Origin: Aulosira sp. ZfuVER01
Lineage (GTDB): Bacteria > Cyanobacteriota > Cyanobacteriia > Cyanobacteriales > Nostocaceae
Length of the DNA stretch: 64,000 nucleotides
Assembly: GCA_034530615.2 (NCBI GenBank)
Contig: JAVRCV020000059.1
Location: 92,813 to 156,812, forward strand
Reading direction: 5' to 3'
In this document: piece by piece, positions 30,454-41,062 of the stretch
How the letters are laid out: each line of letters begins with the position of its first letter
Numbering within the stretch: position 1 is the first letter of the stretch
Notes under the pieces: generated by a model
What the model saw: the letters and a program-made list of their open reading frames with translations, nothing else
Databases searched by the model: none
What the model was told of the DNA's origin: nothing
Translations under genes and position numbers: made by a program

Positions 30454-31953
30454 TTAGGGTTTCAACGCGATTTCCGAGTTGACGGTTTTTTCCAACGCTG
30501 GAATTGCAGCCACCATTGCAGTAGTTGTTGGTTCACTCCAACGCACTAACCAAGTAGGTTGAACTCCCAAGAAGATGATTAAAGCTGCCAAAATTAAAGC
30601 TGGTGTTTTCTCAAACCATTGAACTTTGGGATAGTATGCTAAATTGTCGAGTCTACCAAAACAGGTACGGTTGAGAAGGATGACAAAATAAACGGCAGTT
30701 AAACCACTAGCAACAACACACAAGATTGTCGGGATAGGAAACGCCGAGAAACTGCCTTGAAAAACGATAAATTCCGCTACAAATCCTGTTAAACCGGGAA
30801 TACCAGCACTCGCCATTCCACTTAATACCAGCAAAGCACTAATTAAAGGTAAACCTCGAATTGGACTCATTAAACCATTGAGTTTATCCAACTCGCGAGT
30901 TCCAACTTTAGTTTCCACGACTCCCACCAAATGGAACAAGATACCGAGAATCAAGCCGTGGCTAAACATTTGGGCGACAGCACCAACCATCGCTAGGGAA
31001 GTACTAGCAGCACCAGCTAGCAAGATATAACCCATGTGACCGATGGAACTGTATGCTACCATGCGCTTGATATCTTTTTGCGCGATCGCCACTACTGCCC
31101 CATAAATTGCACTGACTGCACCCCAAGTTGCCAATGTTGGCGCAATGGTACTCCAAGCATGGGGAAACATCCCCATGCCAAATCTTAACAGTCCGTAGGT
31201 TCCTAGCTTTGCTAATACTCCACCCAAAAGAATCGCAATTGGTGCAGAAGCTTCCACGTAAGCATCGGGTAGCCATGTATGGAAAGGAACCAAGGGAATT
31301 TTAATCCCAAAACCTAATACTATCCCTGCTAAAAGAATGATTTGCATTCCGGCGGATAAGGTTTGGGTAGAGATTGCATCAAAGGCGAAACTGGTAGAAC
31401 CAGTCAACCACACTGTACCCAAGAAAGTTGCTAAAATTAACGCTCCGGAAACAGCCGTGTAAATCAGGAATTTGATACCTGCATAACCACGTTTTTCCCC
31501 TCCCCAAATTGAAATTAATAAATAGAAGGGAATTAATTCTAGTTCGTAGAATAGGAAGAATAGCAGTAAATTCTCAGCTAAAAATGCACCGGCTACCCCA
31601 CCACTAACTAATAAAATTAGCGAGTAGAAAAGCCGAGGACGTTGAGTCTCTTTGCTGCTGCTGTAGATAGCAATCCAAGTAAGCAGGCTATTTAAAACCA
31701 ACATCAATATAGAAAGCCCATCAACTCCTAATTGATAGCTCAAACCTAGAGTTTCATTCCAAGGGATATTCTCTTGAAATTGCATCCCCGGATTGCTGAT
31801 ATCAAATTTGAACAGAATAAAGATATTCCAGAGCAAAACTATAGCAGCGAAGTATAATGCGCTTAGCCGCACAGTATTTGCAGGTAGGTTTTTAGGTATG
31901 ACTGCTATAATCGCGGCTGCGAATATCGGGAGCCAAATCAAAACACTTAACAT
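30454..31953 (-). CDS. ndhD3: NDH-1(3) subunit NdhD3 (start ATG 31953)
   Basis: NuoM-type motifs GVDGLS, FYELELIP, PFHTWLPDAYVEA, AYSSIGHMG. Confidence 0.93.
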   Translation of the reverse strand: MLSVLIWLPIFAAAIIAVIPKNLPANTVRLSALYFAAIVLLWNIFILFKFDISNPGMQFQENIPWNETLGLSYQLGVDGLSILMLVLNSLLTWIAIYSSSKETQRPRLFYSLILLVSGGVAGAFLAENLLLFFLFYELELIPFYLLISIWGGEKRGYAGIKFLIYTAVSGALILATFLGTVWLTGSTSFAFDAISTQTLSAGMQIILLAGIVLGFGIKIPLVPFHTWLPDAYVEASAPIAILLGGVLAKLGTYGLLRFGMGMFPHAWSTIAPTLATWGAVSAIYGAVVAIAQKDIKRMVAYSSIGHMGYILLAGAASTSLAMVGAVAQMFSHGLILGILFHLVGVVETKVGTRELDKLNGLMSPIRGLPLISALLVLSGMASAGIPGLTGFVAEFIVFQGSFSAFPIPTILCVVASGLTAVYFVILLNRTCFGRLDNLAYYPKVQWFEKTPALILAALIIFLGVQPTWLVRWSEPTTTAMVAAIPALEKTVNSEIALKP

Positions 31954-32047
31954 GGCAATTTGGGGAGATTGGTAAAAAGTAGATATTTTTAAAAGAGTCA
32001 AAGGTCAAAAGTCAAGGGAGAAATAACAAATGACCAATGATCAAAAC

Positions 32048-32785
32048 TTAACTAACTAAGCTAATTTTGCCAGTATCCAAATCGTAATAACCACCAATGA
32101 TTTTGAGTTTGCCAGCATTGATTAACTCAGAGAGAACTGGGGATGCTTTCAACTTGTCAACTTGTGCTAAAATGTTAGCTTTACAAGCATTTTCTAATTT
32201 ATCGCCTGGCTGTCCTTGAGATTTCTCTACACTAGGTTTAATTGCAGCTATTAAACTACCAATTTGTCCTGGCACTGAGGCACCTTTGATGGTTGCAGCT
32301 ACAGCACCACATCTTTCATGACCGACTACCATAATGACTTTAGCACCTAGCACTAAGCTGCCAAATTCTAGGCTACCAATTTCCTCTGGCGTGGCAATAT
32401 TACCAGCTACACGACAGACAAATAAATCGCCAAGTCCCTGGTCGAAAATAATCTCTGAAGGTACTCGTGAATCTGCACAACTTAGAATCGATGCAAATGG
32501 ATTTTGACCTTTTGCAACTTCGCGTAACCGTGATTGGCTTTGGTGAGGATTGAGTCTTTTTGCTTTGACAAACCTATCATTTCCATCCAATAATGCTTTG
32601 AGTGCTTCATCGGGTGTGAAATCTTTTGATTTTGCTGCTGAGGCTTTTTCAGGGGAAAGCAAATGACTCCCAACTCCAGCTGTTAAAACTCCTGCACTAA
32701 TTGCACCTGCACTTAGCTTGAGTAAATTTCTGCGAGAAACATTGGCTTGGCGATATTGTTTTTTCATTGTCTTATCCTCACACAT
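32048..32785 (-). CDS. Beta-carbonic anhydrase with twin-arginine signal (EcaB-like)
   Basis: SRRNLLK Tat motif; Zn ligands C-A-D-S-R and H-E-R-C-G; RVAGN. Confidence 0.9.
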   Translation of the reverse strand: MCEDKTMKKQYRQANVSRRNLLKLSAGAISAGVLTAGVGSHLLSPEKASAAKSKDFTPDEALKALLDGNDRFVKAKRLNPHQSQSRLREVAKGQNPFASILSCADSRVPSEIIFDQGLGDLFVCRVAGNIATPEEIGSLEFGSLVLGAKVIMVVGHERCGAVAATIKGASVPGQIGSLIAAIKPSVEKSQGQPGDKLENACKANILAQVDKLKASPVLSELINAGKLKIIGGYYDLDTGKISLVS

Positions 32786-32890
32786 TAAAACTTTTTTCTT
32801 CTTTGTACGGGCAGTTTGATAAAACTTACTTCAATGGGGGGAACGCACCCCCGTAACTGCCCTCGTCTTTGTGTCTCTGTGGTGAAAACA

Positions 32891-34750
32891 CTAAAACATC
32901 AAATCTAAAAACTGTACTCCCCAGTATGGCCAAGTTACCCACATTCCAAATACGCCAACTCCTAAAAGCACAGTGAAGGCATAAAATTGTGTTTGTCCAG
33001 AGGTACTGTATTTAAGACCTTCGCCACCTAATAGCGAGAACAAACCAACCAAATTTACAATGCCATCCACTACAAAACGGTCAAGCATATCAGCAAATTT
33101 GGAAAGTTGAGCGACGCTGAAAATAATCGTCATCCGATAGATTTTTGGGGTGTAAAAATCGTATGCCAGCAAGTCTTGTAAAGGCTGCCAAGGTAGACGA
33201 ATTGGTTTAGGAATATTACCCAAATAAATTACGCCAGTGATGCCACAACCAAAAATACTTGACCAAATTAACAACAATGCAACATCTTTATTGAGAGTTA
33301 CCCAATTAGGTAATAGTGATAAGCTTTGTAACACTAAAGGAAGATGTAAGACAAAGCCAAATAAAATCACCATTGGTAATACCATTGGCCAATGTACTTC
33401 AGGCGATCGCTCACTCATCTGTTTAGGTTTACCCGCAAAAATTAAACCGAATTCTCTGGTTAAACTCACTGCGGTTAAAGCATTCACAGCGATAACCACA
33501 CCAACCAACCAAGGTTGATTTCCCCAAAGTTCATCTGTTAATTCCATCAACGCCCAGAAGCCTCCTAGGGGTGGAAACCCAATTAACCCCAAAGTCCCAA
33601 CGATAAAGGCTAATGCAGATATCGGACGGCGTGACCATAGTCCACCCAATTGAGTAACATTTTGGGTGATGCTGTTCCAAATAATTCCGCCAGTACTCAT
33701 GACCAACAATGCAGCTGATACAGCATGAGTCAGTACTAATAACAGTGCTGCTTCATCTTGTTTCGTCCCGACTGCGATAAACATCAACCCCATATAAGCG
33801 CTGACAGAATAGGATTGACAGCGTTTAATATCAACTTGGGCGATCGCAATTAAGGAAGCACCAACTGCTGTAACTGCACCAATTGCTACAATTGCTGAGG
33901 AAACTATTGGTGATAAAGTTAACACAGGTTGCAGTTTAATCAGCACCCACGCACCACTCGCAACTACCACCGAGTTCCGCAAAATTGTACTGGGAACCGG
34001 GCCTTCCATCGCCTCATCCAACCACAAATGCAGAGGGAATTGGGCGCATTTACCCATTGGTCCTGCAATTAAGGCTAAACCTACCAGTGTAATGATTGTT
34101 GGGTTAACATTTGCAGTTGTAGCCCATTGAGCTAGTTCTGTATAATTCCAAGTTCCAGCTAAAGGCCATAGTCCCAGGACACCTATCAGCAGAAATAAGT
34201 CTCCTACCCGTTTGGTAAGGAAAGCATCTCTAGCACCAGTGACTACCAAGGGCTGACTGAACCATAAGCCAACTAGCAAATAGGTTCCTAAAGTCAGAAC
34301 TTCCAGAATTACATAACTAAAGAACAAGTTATTACACAAAGCCAGGGCACACAATCCCGCTTCAAATAATCCTAATAAAGAATAGAAGCGTCCCCAACCC
34401 CAATCCATTTCCATGTAACCAATGGCGTAAATTTGTGCTAAGAAATTTAAGCCTGTGATTACAATTAACGCCCCTACACTAATCGAAGAAATTTCTAAAG
34501 CGATGGTAAGATTTAAACCAGCCGTAGATAGCCAAGGAATAAATACTTCGATTGGCGGCTGATTCCAGGTCAAGAAAAATGCGATCGCACTATGCAGCAG
34601 CGCTAAAAATGTCATTACTAAATTGACATAACCCGCCGGCCTCGGGCCAGTACGACGAATGATCCCCGGCGACCAAGGAACGGCTAAAAGCCCACCTATC
34701 AATGCATAGCATGGAACTAGCCAAACAGTCTCCAGCAGAAACTGAGCCAT
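32891..34750 (-). CDS. ndhF3: NDH-1(3) subunit NdhF3
   Basis: RRTGPRPAGY, KCAQFPLHLWLDEAMEGP, YDFYT; precedes ndhD3 and cupA. Confidence 0.93.
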   Translation of the reverse strand: MAQFLLETVWLVPCYALIGGLLAVPWSPGIIRRTGPRPAGYVNLVMTFLALLHSAIAFFLTWNQPPIEVFIPWLSTAGLNLTIALEISSISVGALIVITGLNFLAQIYAIGYMEMDWGWGRFYSLLGLFEAGLCALALCNNLFFSYVILEVLTLGTYLLVGLWFSQPLVVTGARDAFLTKRVGDLFLLIGVLGLWPLAGTWNYTELAQWATTANVNPTIITLVGLALIAGPMGKCAQFPLHLWLDEAMEGPVPSTILRNSVVVASGAWVLIKLQPVLTLSPIVSSAIVAIGAVTAVGASLIAIAQVDIKRCQSYSVSAYMGLMFIAVGTKQDEAALLLVLTHAVSAALLVMSTGGIIWNSITQNVTQLGGLWSRRPISALAFIVGTLGLIGFPPLGGFWALMELTDELWGNQPWLVGVVIAVNALTAVSLTREFGLIFAGKPKQMSERSPEVHWPMVLPMVILFGFVLHLPLVLQSLSLLPNWVTLNKDVALLLIWSSIFGCGITGVIYLGNIPKPIRLPWQPLQDLLAYDFYTPKIYRMTIIFSVAQLSKFADMLDRFVVDGIVNLVGLFSLLGGEGLKYSTSGQTQFYAFTVLLGVGVFGMWVTWPYWGVQFLDLMF

Positions 34751-35086
34751 GAACTTACCTCTATAACTTCCAGCACAACTCTGGGGTTAAGAATCAAAAA
34801 CCTTTGATTGCCACTAACCCAGCCATTTCAGATAATTCAATTTTATGTTTGCTTAATTTTGTTAAAAATAAGCTTACCTTTATCTATGCCAAAAAGGAAA
34901 TACTTCAAATAAATAAATGAACGATAGTTACTCTAATTAATTCTTATATATTGCAGGATTTAAATAATAAATACTAACTATCAATTTCTATCTATGAATG
35001 AGATTTGTTAGGAATAAATACTTAACATCGGTTTTTTATTGACATAAATGACAAGAGACGCGATCGACTGCGCCTCTCTAAATCTG

Positions 35087-35281
35087 CTAAATTAGGGTTG
35101 ACATTTGCGTAACTTTATAATCAAAACTACAAGCAACAATTGCGTTTGGCTGGTTAACTTGGCTGATGGGGGCGGGTTTCATGTCCCGGTAGTCGAGGAT
35201 TTGGACGATAATTAGGTAGGCGATCGCTAAAAGAATAGAGATTGCACCTGTAATAATTGCAATTATTTTCGAGCGTTCCAT
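35087..35281 (-). CDS. Small conserved single-TM protein (MERSKIIA...LDYRDMKPAP)
   Basis: AGGA upstream of ATG 35281; one TM helix followed by a 'LD.R.M.PAP' motif. Confidence 0.7.
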   Translation of the reverse strand: MERSKIIAIITGAISILLAIAYLIIVQILDYRDMKPAPISQVNQPNAIVACSFDYKVTQMSTLI

Positions 35282-35408
35282 TAGTCTTTCCTGTAAGTGG
35301 ATGTTGATGCTGTGCCTATATCCACATTGCCACAGACTACACATCTACTGATATACATCACCGCGATGAGCTACCAGCAGAAAAACCTAATAAATAACTG
35401 GAGTAATC

Positions 35409-36263
35409 TCAATTCAGTTCGCTAACTACCAATTGTTGTGCTTGCTCAGTAAACGTCTTGAATTCAATGGCATCATGACTGCAAAAGAGGCGCACATCGC
35501 TACTGTGTGAGAGCGATAACCCACGTAACCGTTCTTGATTATAGAGTCGAGCTTTGCGATCTACCTCCATTAATGCTTGATAAGCACGCAAACCTGGGGT
35601 ACAGCGTGGTTTGGGAGTGTTCATTTCGTGACGATAAAAGTAGGCATCACCCGCATGTAAGAGCCAACCTTCCGTTGTCTGGATGGCAATGCCAGCATGA
35701 CCACGTGTATGCCCAACAAGCGGAATCAGGAGAATCTCCGGTGGTAGTCCTTCTAAGTCGCGCACCGCCTCGAAATTAAACCAAGGCTCCCCTCCTGGCG
35801 AATAATACTTCCACTGTTTAACTTCATCCCATTGATGAGGACGATAACGTTGCGATGAGATAAAGCCACGCCGTTTCTGTGCTGCCTCAATTTCAGTCTG
35901 CATCACATGCACTGTTGCATTTGGGAAGTCCTCTAATCCACCTGCATGATCGAAATCAAGGTGGGTAAGCACTATATGACACACATCACTTTGATCAAAG
36001 CCAAGCTGCTTAATCTGAGCAAGCGCCGTGTATTTGTGTTCAAACTTGATGCGATTCAAATTCATGAAGAAAGGGCTGAGCCTTGATAATGGTGCTTTGA
36101 CATCGCGTTCTCCAAAGCCAGTATCGATCAGAACCAGCCCCCGATTGGTCTCAACAAGCAGGCAGTGGCAGACAAGACTGGCTGTTAATCCGCGACTAAA
36201 ACCATCGAATAACGCCCCACCAATCGGACACATACAACCACAATTCAAATGATGAATACGCAT
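35409..36263 (-). CDS. Metallo-beta-lactamase-fold hydrolase (AHL-lactonase-like)
   Basis: THLDFDHAGG, GHTRGH, GDA, CSHD. Confidence 0.9.
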   Translation of the reverse strand: MRIHHLNCGCMCPIGGALFDGFSRGLTASLVCHCLLVETNRGLVLIDTGFGERDVKAPLSRLSPFFMNLNRIKFEHKYTALAQIKQLGFDQSDVCHIVLTHLDFDHAGGLEDFPNATVHVMQTEIEAAQKRRGFISSQRYRPHQWDEVKQWKYYSPGGEPWFNFEAVRDLEGLPPEILLIPLVGHTRGHAGIAIQTTEGWLLHAGDAYFYRHEMNTPKPRCTPGLRAYQALMEVDRKARLYNQERLRGLSLSHSSDVRLFCSHDAIEFKTFTEQAQQLVVSELN

Positions 36264-36914
36264 GAATGATTTCCCCTTGGCATCAATCTCCTTTAAAGAC
36301 AAAAGCGTAGGGCAAATCATCATACCTTAGTGTGAATAAGGGGCTGCTGGTAAACTTGAAAAGTTGTGTTTTACTTTAATAAAGGTAAATGCCTATCCTG
36401 TGCGCTGCTGATGACATTTTTCACCTCGAAAAGGTGTACTGCACTCAACAGTAAACCGCCCTAACTTAAACCAGACTGATAAAACTGCAACTAAACAAAA
36501 CTTAGCAAACTAGGTTATTTTGCGGTCAGCAATTATAAGTATATAAAACTTAATACTGCATTAATCTCTTGCCATATTCTTCGCAGGCTATACCATACAA
36601 GATATTCGCGATCGCTCTACAGATAAATACATCAGAAATTTTTTACCAAGTGTGGGTTTATGGTACTCCGATTGAGTCTACCCTGGTTATTAGTCATAAA
36701 ATAGGTAGCAAAATTCCTGGTAAATTACTACGACATTGGAGCAAATACTATACTGATTTGAAGATTGAAGCTCGTAGCAAATGCGATCGCCTACATTCAT
36801 GACGTAATTTTTTAACAGTACGAGCAAAAGTGCAACGTCAACAGGACAGCTATCTATGGTTGCTTAGTTCAAAGAAAAACCTTGTAACTATTGCTTAGGC
36901 TAATTTTATCCATA

Positions 36915-37127
36915 ATGACTAAAGTTTATATTCTTGATGCTAACAAACAACCTTTATACCCCATACACATCAGCCATGCCAGAAAGCTGTTGTCACAAGG
37001 AGAAGCTGCTGTATTCCGGCGATACCCATTTACCATTATCCTGAAGGAACCCCTGACCAATTCCAGACTGGAGCAACTTGGCTTCAGGATTGACTTTCAT
37101 CTCAAGAACACTAGTACTGCACTGTGA
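36915..37127 (+). mobile_element. Truncated IscB (IS200/IS605 OMEGA) derivative: RRXRR/PLMP domain plus degenerate RuvC-I strand only
   Basis: MTKVYILDANKQPLYPIH...ARKLLSQGEAAVFRRYPFTIILKE...LGFRIDFHLKNTSTAL*, versus the typical 'LKIDPGSKTTGLAL'. Confidence 0.8.
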
Positions 37128-37584
37128 AAATAATTATTCAGTTGAGAAAGGTTCAAAAGTCAATAAAAAAGCTTTCTTTCCTTCTGAAAGAGTTCTGAGT
37201 CATTTGGTATAAGGCATTGGTCAGGGTCTAAGGGTCAATAAGTCAAGTAGATTTCTTAATATTGAATTTTGCGGGAAGTCTGAGCGGAGGCTTCCTCCGC
37301 TCAGAACTTTCCAAGACGAATTTTGAATTGTTTGTCCCTGCTTACCTGCTTTTTCATCAGGACTACCTTCTGGCACTAATAGCTTGCAGCATCACTAAAT
37401 ATGTTCATGTACAAGAGTACAAAAACTTAAAATCAAGATTTTTTGACTTCTGCAATTGGTAATAGCATTATTTGCCAAAAAACGCAAGAGAAATCGGTAT
37501 TGATGCCGATCGCTTTGCAAACAGAGGAATATAGATATTGCCAAAAAACAAATATTTGCTTGAGAGTTAGGAAAAATAAATAAT

Positions 37585-38346
37585 ATGCCTAAATTAGATA
37601 AACCTCAACCTCCCCTATTTGAGCGAGTTGAAGATGAACGCTTGCACCGCAAACAACGCCTAGCCGCTGCCATTCGCCTGTTTGCTCGATTTGAGTTTAA
37701 TGTAGGAACAGATGGTCATATTACAGCTCGCGATCCTGAATTTACAGACCATTTTTGGATCAACCCCCTAGGGATAGATTTTCGTGAGATTCGAGTTTCT
37801 AATCTTATATTGGTTAATAAATATGGAGATACGATCAAAGGCGAGCAGCCTGTGAATCGAGAAGCCTTTGCCATCCACTCTCATATTTATGAAGCTAGAC
37901 CAGATGCGATCGCCACAGTTTACGCCCACTCAATTTATGGTAAAGCTTGGTCTAATTTAGGTCGCCTACTTGACCCCCTCAATGAAGATTCCTGTGCTTT
38001 CTACGAAGACCACAGTGTATTTCATGACTGTACAGGTGATGTACTAGATCCATCCGCAGGTAAACAAATTGCTGAAACCTTGGGAACTCATAAAGCTGTA
38101 ATTCTACGCCACCACGGTATGCTCACTGTTGGTCATTCAGTTGATGAAGCTACTTGGTGGTTTATTAACTTAGAACGCTCAAGCCAAGCACAACTTTTAG
38201 CTGAGGCTGCGGGAAAACCCAGTATCATCGAGCATGATAGCGCGCGTTTAACACATACCCAAGTTGGTACACATTTCAATGGCTGGTACTGCTTTCAGCC
38301 ACTTTATCACAGGATTATCCGCGAACAACCAGATTTACTTGAGTAG
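37585..38346 (+). CDS. Class II aldolase/adducin-family protein
   Basis: GHITARDPE, FWINP, AFAIHS, AHS, LRHHG. Confidence 0.88.
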   Translation: MPKLDKPQPPLFERVEDERLHRKQRLAAAIRLFARFEFNVGTDGHITARDPEFTDHFWINPLGIDFREIRVSNLILVNKYGDTIKGEQPVNREAFAIHSHIYEARPDAIATVYAHSIYGKAWSNLGRLLDPLNEDSCAFYEDHSVFHDCTGDVLDPSAGKQIAETLGTHKAVILRHHGMLTVGHSVDEATWWFINLERSSQAQLLAEAAGKPSIIEHDSARLTHTQVGTHFNGWYCFQPLYHRIIREQPDLLE

Positions 38347-38450
38347 TTTGAGATAGGGCATGAAAAATACTTACCACTAAGCAGTTCCAGTCACTTCAAA
38401 CAATACTACCTATCACCATTTTTATTAATCAACTTAGAATACTAAAAATT

Positions 38451-39239
38451 ATGGATTTGCAACTTAACGGCAAAGTAGTATTAGTGACAGCGGGGAGCAA
38501 AGGACTGGGTAAAGCCACAGCCAAGCAATTTGCCCGTGAGGGTGCAAAAGTAGCGATTTGTGCCCGTAGTGAGTTAGTTGACAAAGCTGCTGCGGAGATT
38601 GAAAGCGAAACAGGTAGAGAAGTTTTGGCTGTGCGTGCAGATGTCACTCAACCAGCAGACATTGAACGGGTAATTAATACCACAGTAGAGAAATTTGGCG
38701 GGTTGGATATCCTGGTTACTAATGCTGGAGGTTCACCTGCTGGTACGTTTGATGATATTGATGTTGCAGCTTGGGAAGCCGCAATCAATCTGACTTTACT
38801 CAGTGCGGTTAACTTGGTGAAATATGCCTTACCTTACCTACGCCAATCCAACGCGGCAGCCATTTTAACAATTACTTCAATCTCGACCAAACAACCAGTC
38901 CAAAATCTCGTTTTGTCGAATTCTATTCGTTTAGCGGTCATTGGTTTAACTAAAACACTCAGCCAAGAACTAGGTGGCGATCGCATTCGTGTCAACAGCA
39001 TCTTACCAGGCTGGACATATACAGAGCGAGTAGAAGAATTAATCAACAGCCGCATTGCTAAAAGTGGCACAACAAAAGAAGCCGAAATTGCAGCTATCAA
39101 CGCAAATATCCCTTTGGGTCGTATGGGTACTCCAGAAGAGTTTGCTAACGTAGCTGTATTTCTTTGCTCACCAGCAGCCTCGTTTGTGAATGGAGTTATG
39201 CTGCAAGTTGATGGTGGAAGCAACCAGGGAATATTTTAA
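38451..39239 (+). CDS. Short-chain dehydrogenase/reductase
   Basis: TAGSKGLG, TNAG, VNSILPG, PLGRMG, VDGG. Confidence 0.9.
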   Translation: MDLQLNGKVVLVTAGSKGLGKATAKQFAREGAKVAICARSELVDKAAAEIESETGREVLAVRADVTQPADIERVINTTVEKFGGLDILVTNAGGSPAGTFDDIDVAAWEAAINLTLLSAVNLVKYALPYLRQSNAAAILTITSISTKQPVQNLVLSNSIRLAVIGLTKTLSQELGGDRIRVNSILPGWTYTERVEELINSRIAKSGTTKEAEIAAINANIPLGRMGTPEEFANVAVFLCSPAASFVNGVMLQVDGGSNQGIF

Positions 39240-39261
39240 AAAAGCAGAGGGGGACAAGGAG

Positions 39262-39306
39262 GAGCCACTGCGTTGCGCGGGTTCCCCGCGTTGTAGCAAG
39301 TGGCGT
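39262..39306. repeat. GAGCCA...GGGTTCCCC...TGGCGT small dispersed repeat
   Basis: Homologous to the insert at 9395-9439. Confidence 0.75.
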
Positions 39307-39370
39307 TGACAAGGAAGAAATACTGGTAACTTTTGACTCTTGACCATTGACAATTACTCAATTGCTTAAC

Positions 39371-40186
39371 TTACAACTCCTCTGCTACTGATTTCGGAAA
39401 AATTTCACCAGCTAGGTAAGCGTCAAAATTTTGTTGGAAATATAGCCAAGAGGTCATATCTTCGACATCGAGACATGATTTTGGCGCATTTTTATATAGA
39501 GGAATACGAGTATTAATTTCATCTTGTAGCCACTGAGGTAACTCACTAAGATCGTTGATTTTACTCCCAGTAGCACTATATATGAGTTGACCGGGGCGAT
39601 CGCCCATTTTCATCCAAGGAAGCCACTGACCAATTCGATCCCAACTCAGTTTAAGTTCCGAAACTGAAGTAAGTTCTGAGTTTTCTAAATCTGCGGTGGG
39701 CACTGTAAGTTTAAATAATTCTGCTGCCTGATAAATTTGTTGTGGGCTGTATTCGGCAAATTTAGGATCTGTTGCTAAGGGGTTGGGGTAAGTCGGAAAG
39801 ATATCAAAAACAAAGGTTGTACTGTCAGCTTCTACTTTCGCCGGAAATTTACCTTTGAATTCACCTTGCACAGGATTATTCGCTACGTGCATGACTGCAA
39901 CTGTCTCCCCCGTCCAAGGATTTTCCCACTTATTCAATTTCTCACCTGTCTCTGGGTTAAGGTAGTACGTCAATTCTCTCGACGTAAAATCCCACTTACC
40001 GGCTTCTGTCGCAATACACCTACTCACACTCATGCCGAATATATGAAAGAGGAGTTTTCGTTTTTCTCCAGGGATAAATGCGTAAATTTTACCTGTCCAA
40101 ATCAGGAAGGTGGATTGGCTTGAATCGAGAGAAGAACGTGTTTTCACCCAATGCTGGGCATCAAGTTCTTGAATTTGGGCAATCAT
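39371..40186 (-). CDS. DUF1838-like protein
   Basis: 'SRELTYYLNPETGE...WENPWTGETV...V.NNP', 'W.R...WLPWMKMG'. Confidence 0.7.
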   Translation of the reverse strand: MIAQIQELDAQHWVKTRSSLDSSQSTFLIWTGKIYAFIPGEKRKLLFHIFGMSVSRCIATEAGKWDFTSRELTYYLNPETGEKLNKWENPWTGETVAVMHVANNPVQGEFKGKFPAKVEADSTTFVFDIFPTYPNPLATDPKFAEYSPQQIYQAAELFKLTVPTADLENSELTSVSELKLSWDRIGQWLPWMKMGDRPGQLIYSATGSKINDLSELPQWLQDEINTRIPLYKNAPKSCLDVEDMTSWLYFQQNFDAYLAGEIFPKSVAEEL

Positions 40187-40330
40187 CTACAGCATCCTTA
40201 ATATGTGAGTCACATGGTAAGCAGATTGAGAATAAATTAGCCCTAGCTGTAAAAGGGGGCTGGTTTAACTAGTGCGATCGCTATGTTAGTCTACGTAACC
40301 ATAGTAATTCAGGGGCAAAAACTTGCATAG

Positions 40331-40690
40331 GTGATTCAATCCCATCATTTTTACGCAATTCTGCCAGCTTCAGAGGCCGTTTTCCATTGGCAGACAACAG
40401 ATTTTATCAGAGTTGTCAAAGATGCCGCCAATACAGCTAAGTTGACTGTTATTGGTGAGCTTGCTTATGCATTCCAGCCGCATGGGGTTTCCGCAGTTGT
40501 TTTACTTGCAGAATCTCATGTAGCATTACACTTTTGGCCTGAGGAAGCAAAGGTAACAATTGATATTCATATATGTGACTATCAAAAAGATAATCAAGAA
40601 AAAGCTAGGTTGTTAGCCAAAATATTAACAATACAAATCAGTGAATCAGACAGTATGGATAGCTGGAATTATTTATATATCAGCGGTTGA
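40331..40690 (+). CDS. speD: S-adenosylmethionine decarboxylase-family proenzyme
   Basis: FQPHGVS, self-cleavage motif LAESH, HFWPE, DIHIC. Confidence 0.8.
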   Translation: MIQSHHFYAILPASEAVFHWQTTDFIRVVKDAANTAKLTVIGELAYAFQPHGVSAVVLLAESHVALHFWPEEAKVTIDIHICDYQKDNQEKARLLAKILTIQISESDSMDSWNYLYISG

Positions 40691-40768
40691 TCTGTTGTCA
40701 TTGGTTAAGAGTCAATGGTCAAAAGGCAATAGTTATTAATTATTTCTCCCTCATCCTCCTTGTCCTTC

Positions 40769-41062
40769 TCATCCCGCTGCCCCCTGCCCCCTGCCTTCTG
40801 CCTCCTGCGTCCTGCCCTCTGCCTCTGGTAAAGAAATCTGGCTCAGTGATTGAGGTGATAAATCTAACTGCGGTGGTTCAGGCGATCGCTCAATAATTCC
40901 ATCATTAAAGTAAGATCCAATAATCTTGTCGTAGTTAGAAGCAACGGCTAAAAAAGCTCCACCCAAAATATAAATAGGTAATGGCAGAGTAAATTCTTGT
41001 ACCCAGTCAAACAGTTCTGCCAAGGCAAACAATACAAAAAAGCAAGCAAGCCAAACCCTCAT
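40769..41062 (-). CDS. Conserved two-TM hypothetical protein
   Basis: MRVW...LPLPIYILGGAFLAVASN; AGGAG RBS; C-terminus runs into heptamer repeats. Confidence 0.75.
   Translation of the reverse strand: MRVWLACFFVLFALAELFDWVQEFTLPLPIYILGGAFLAVASNYDKIIGSYFNDGIIERSPEPPQLDLSPQSLSQISLPEAEGRTQEAEGRGQGAAG

Noticed and set aside
34860..35000. LysR (NdhR/CmpR) boxes upstream of ndhF3
   Set aside because: Biologically expected, but only loose T-N11-A matches in AT-rich DNA; no site could be fixed.
13052..40690. Polyamine gene cluster (speY plus speD)
   Set aside because: The genes are 26 kb apart with unrelated genes between them.
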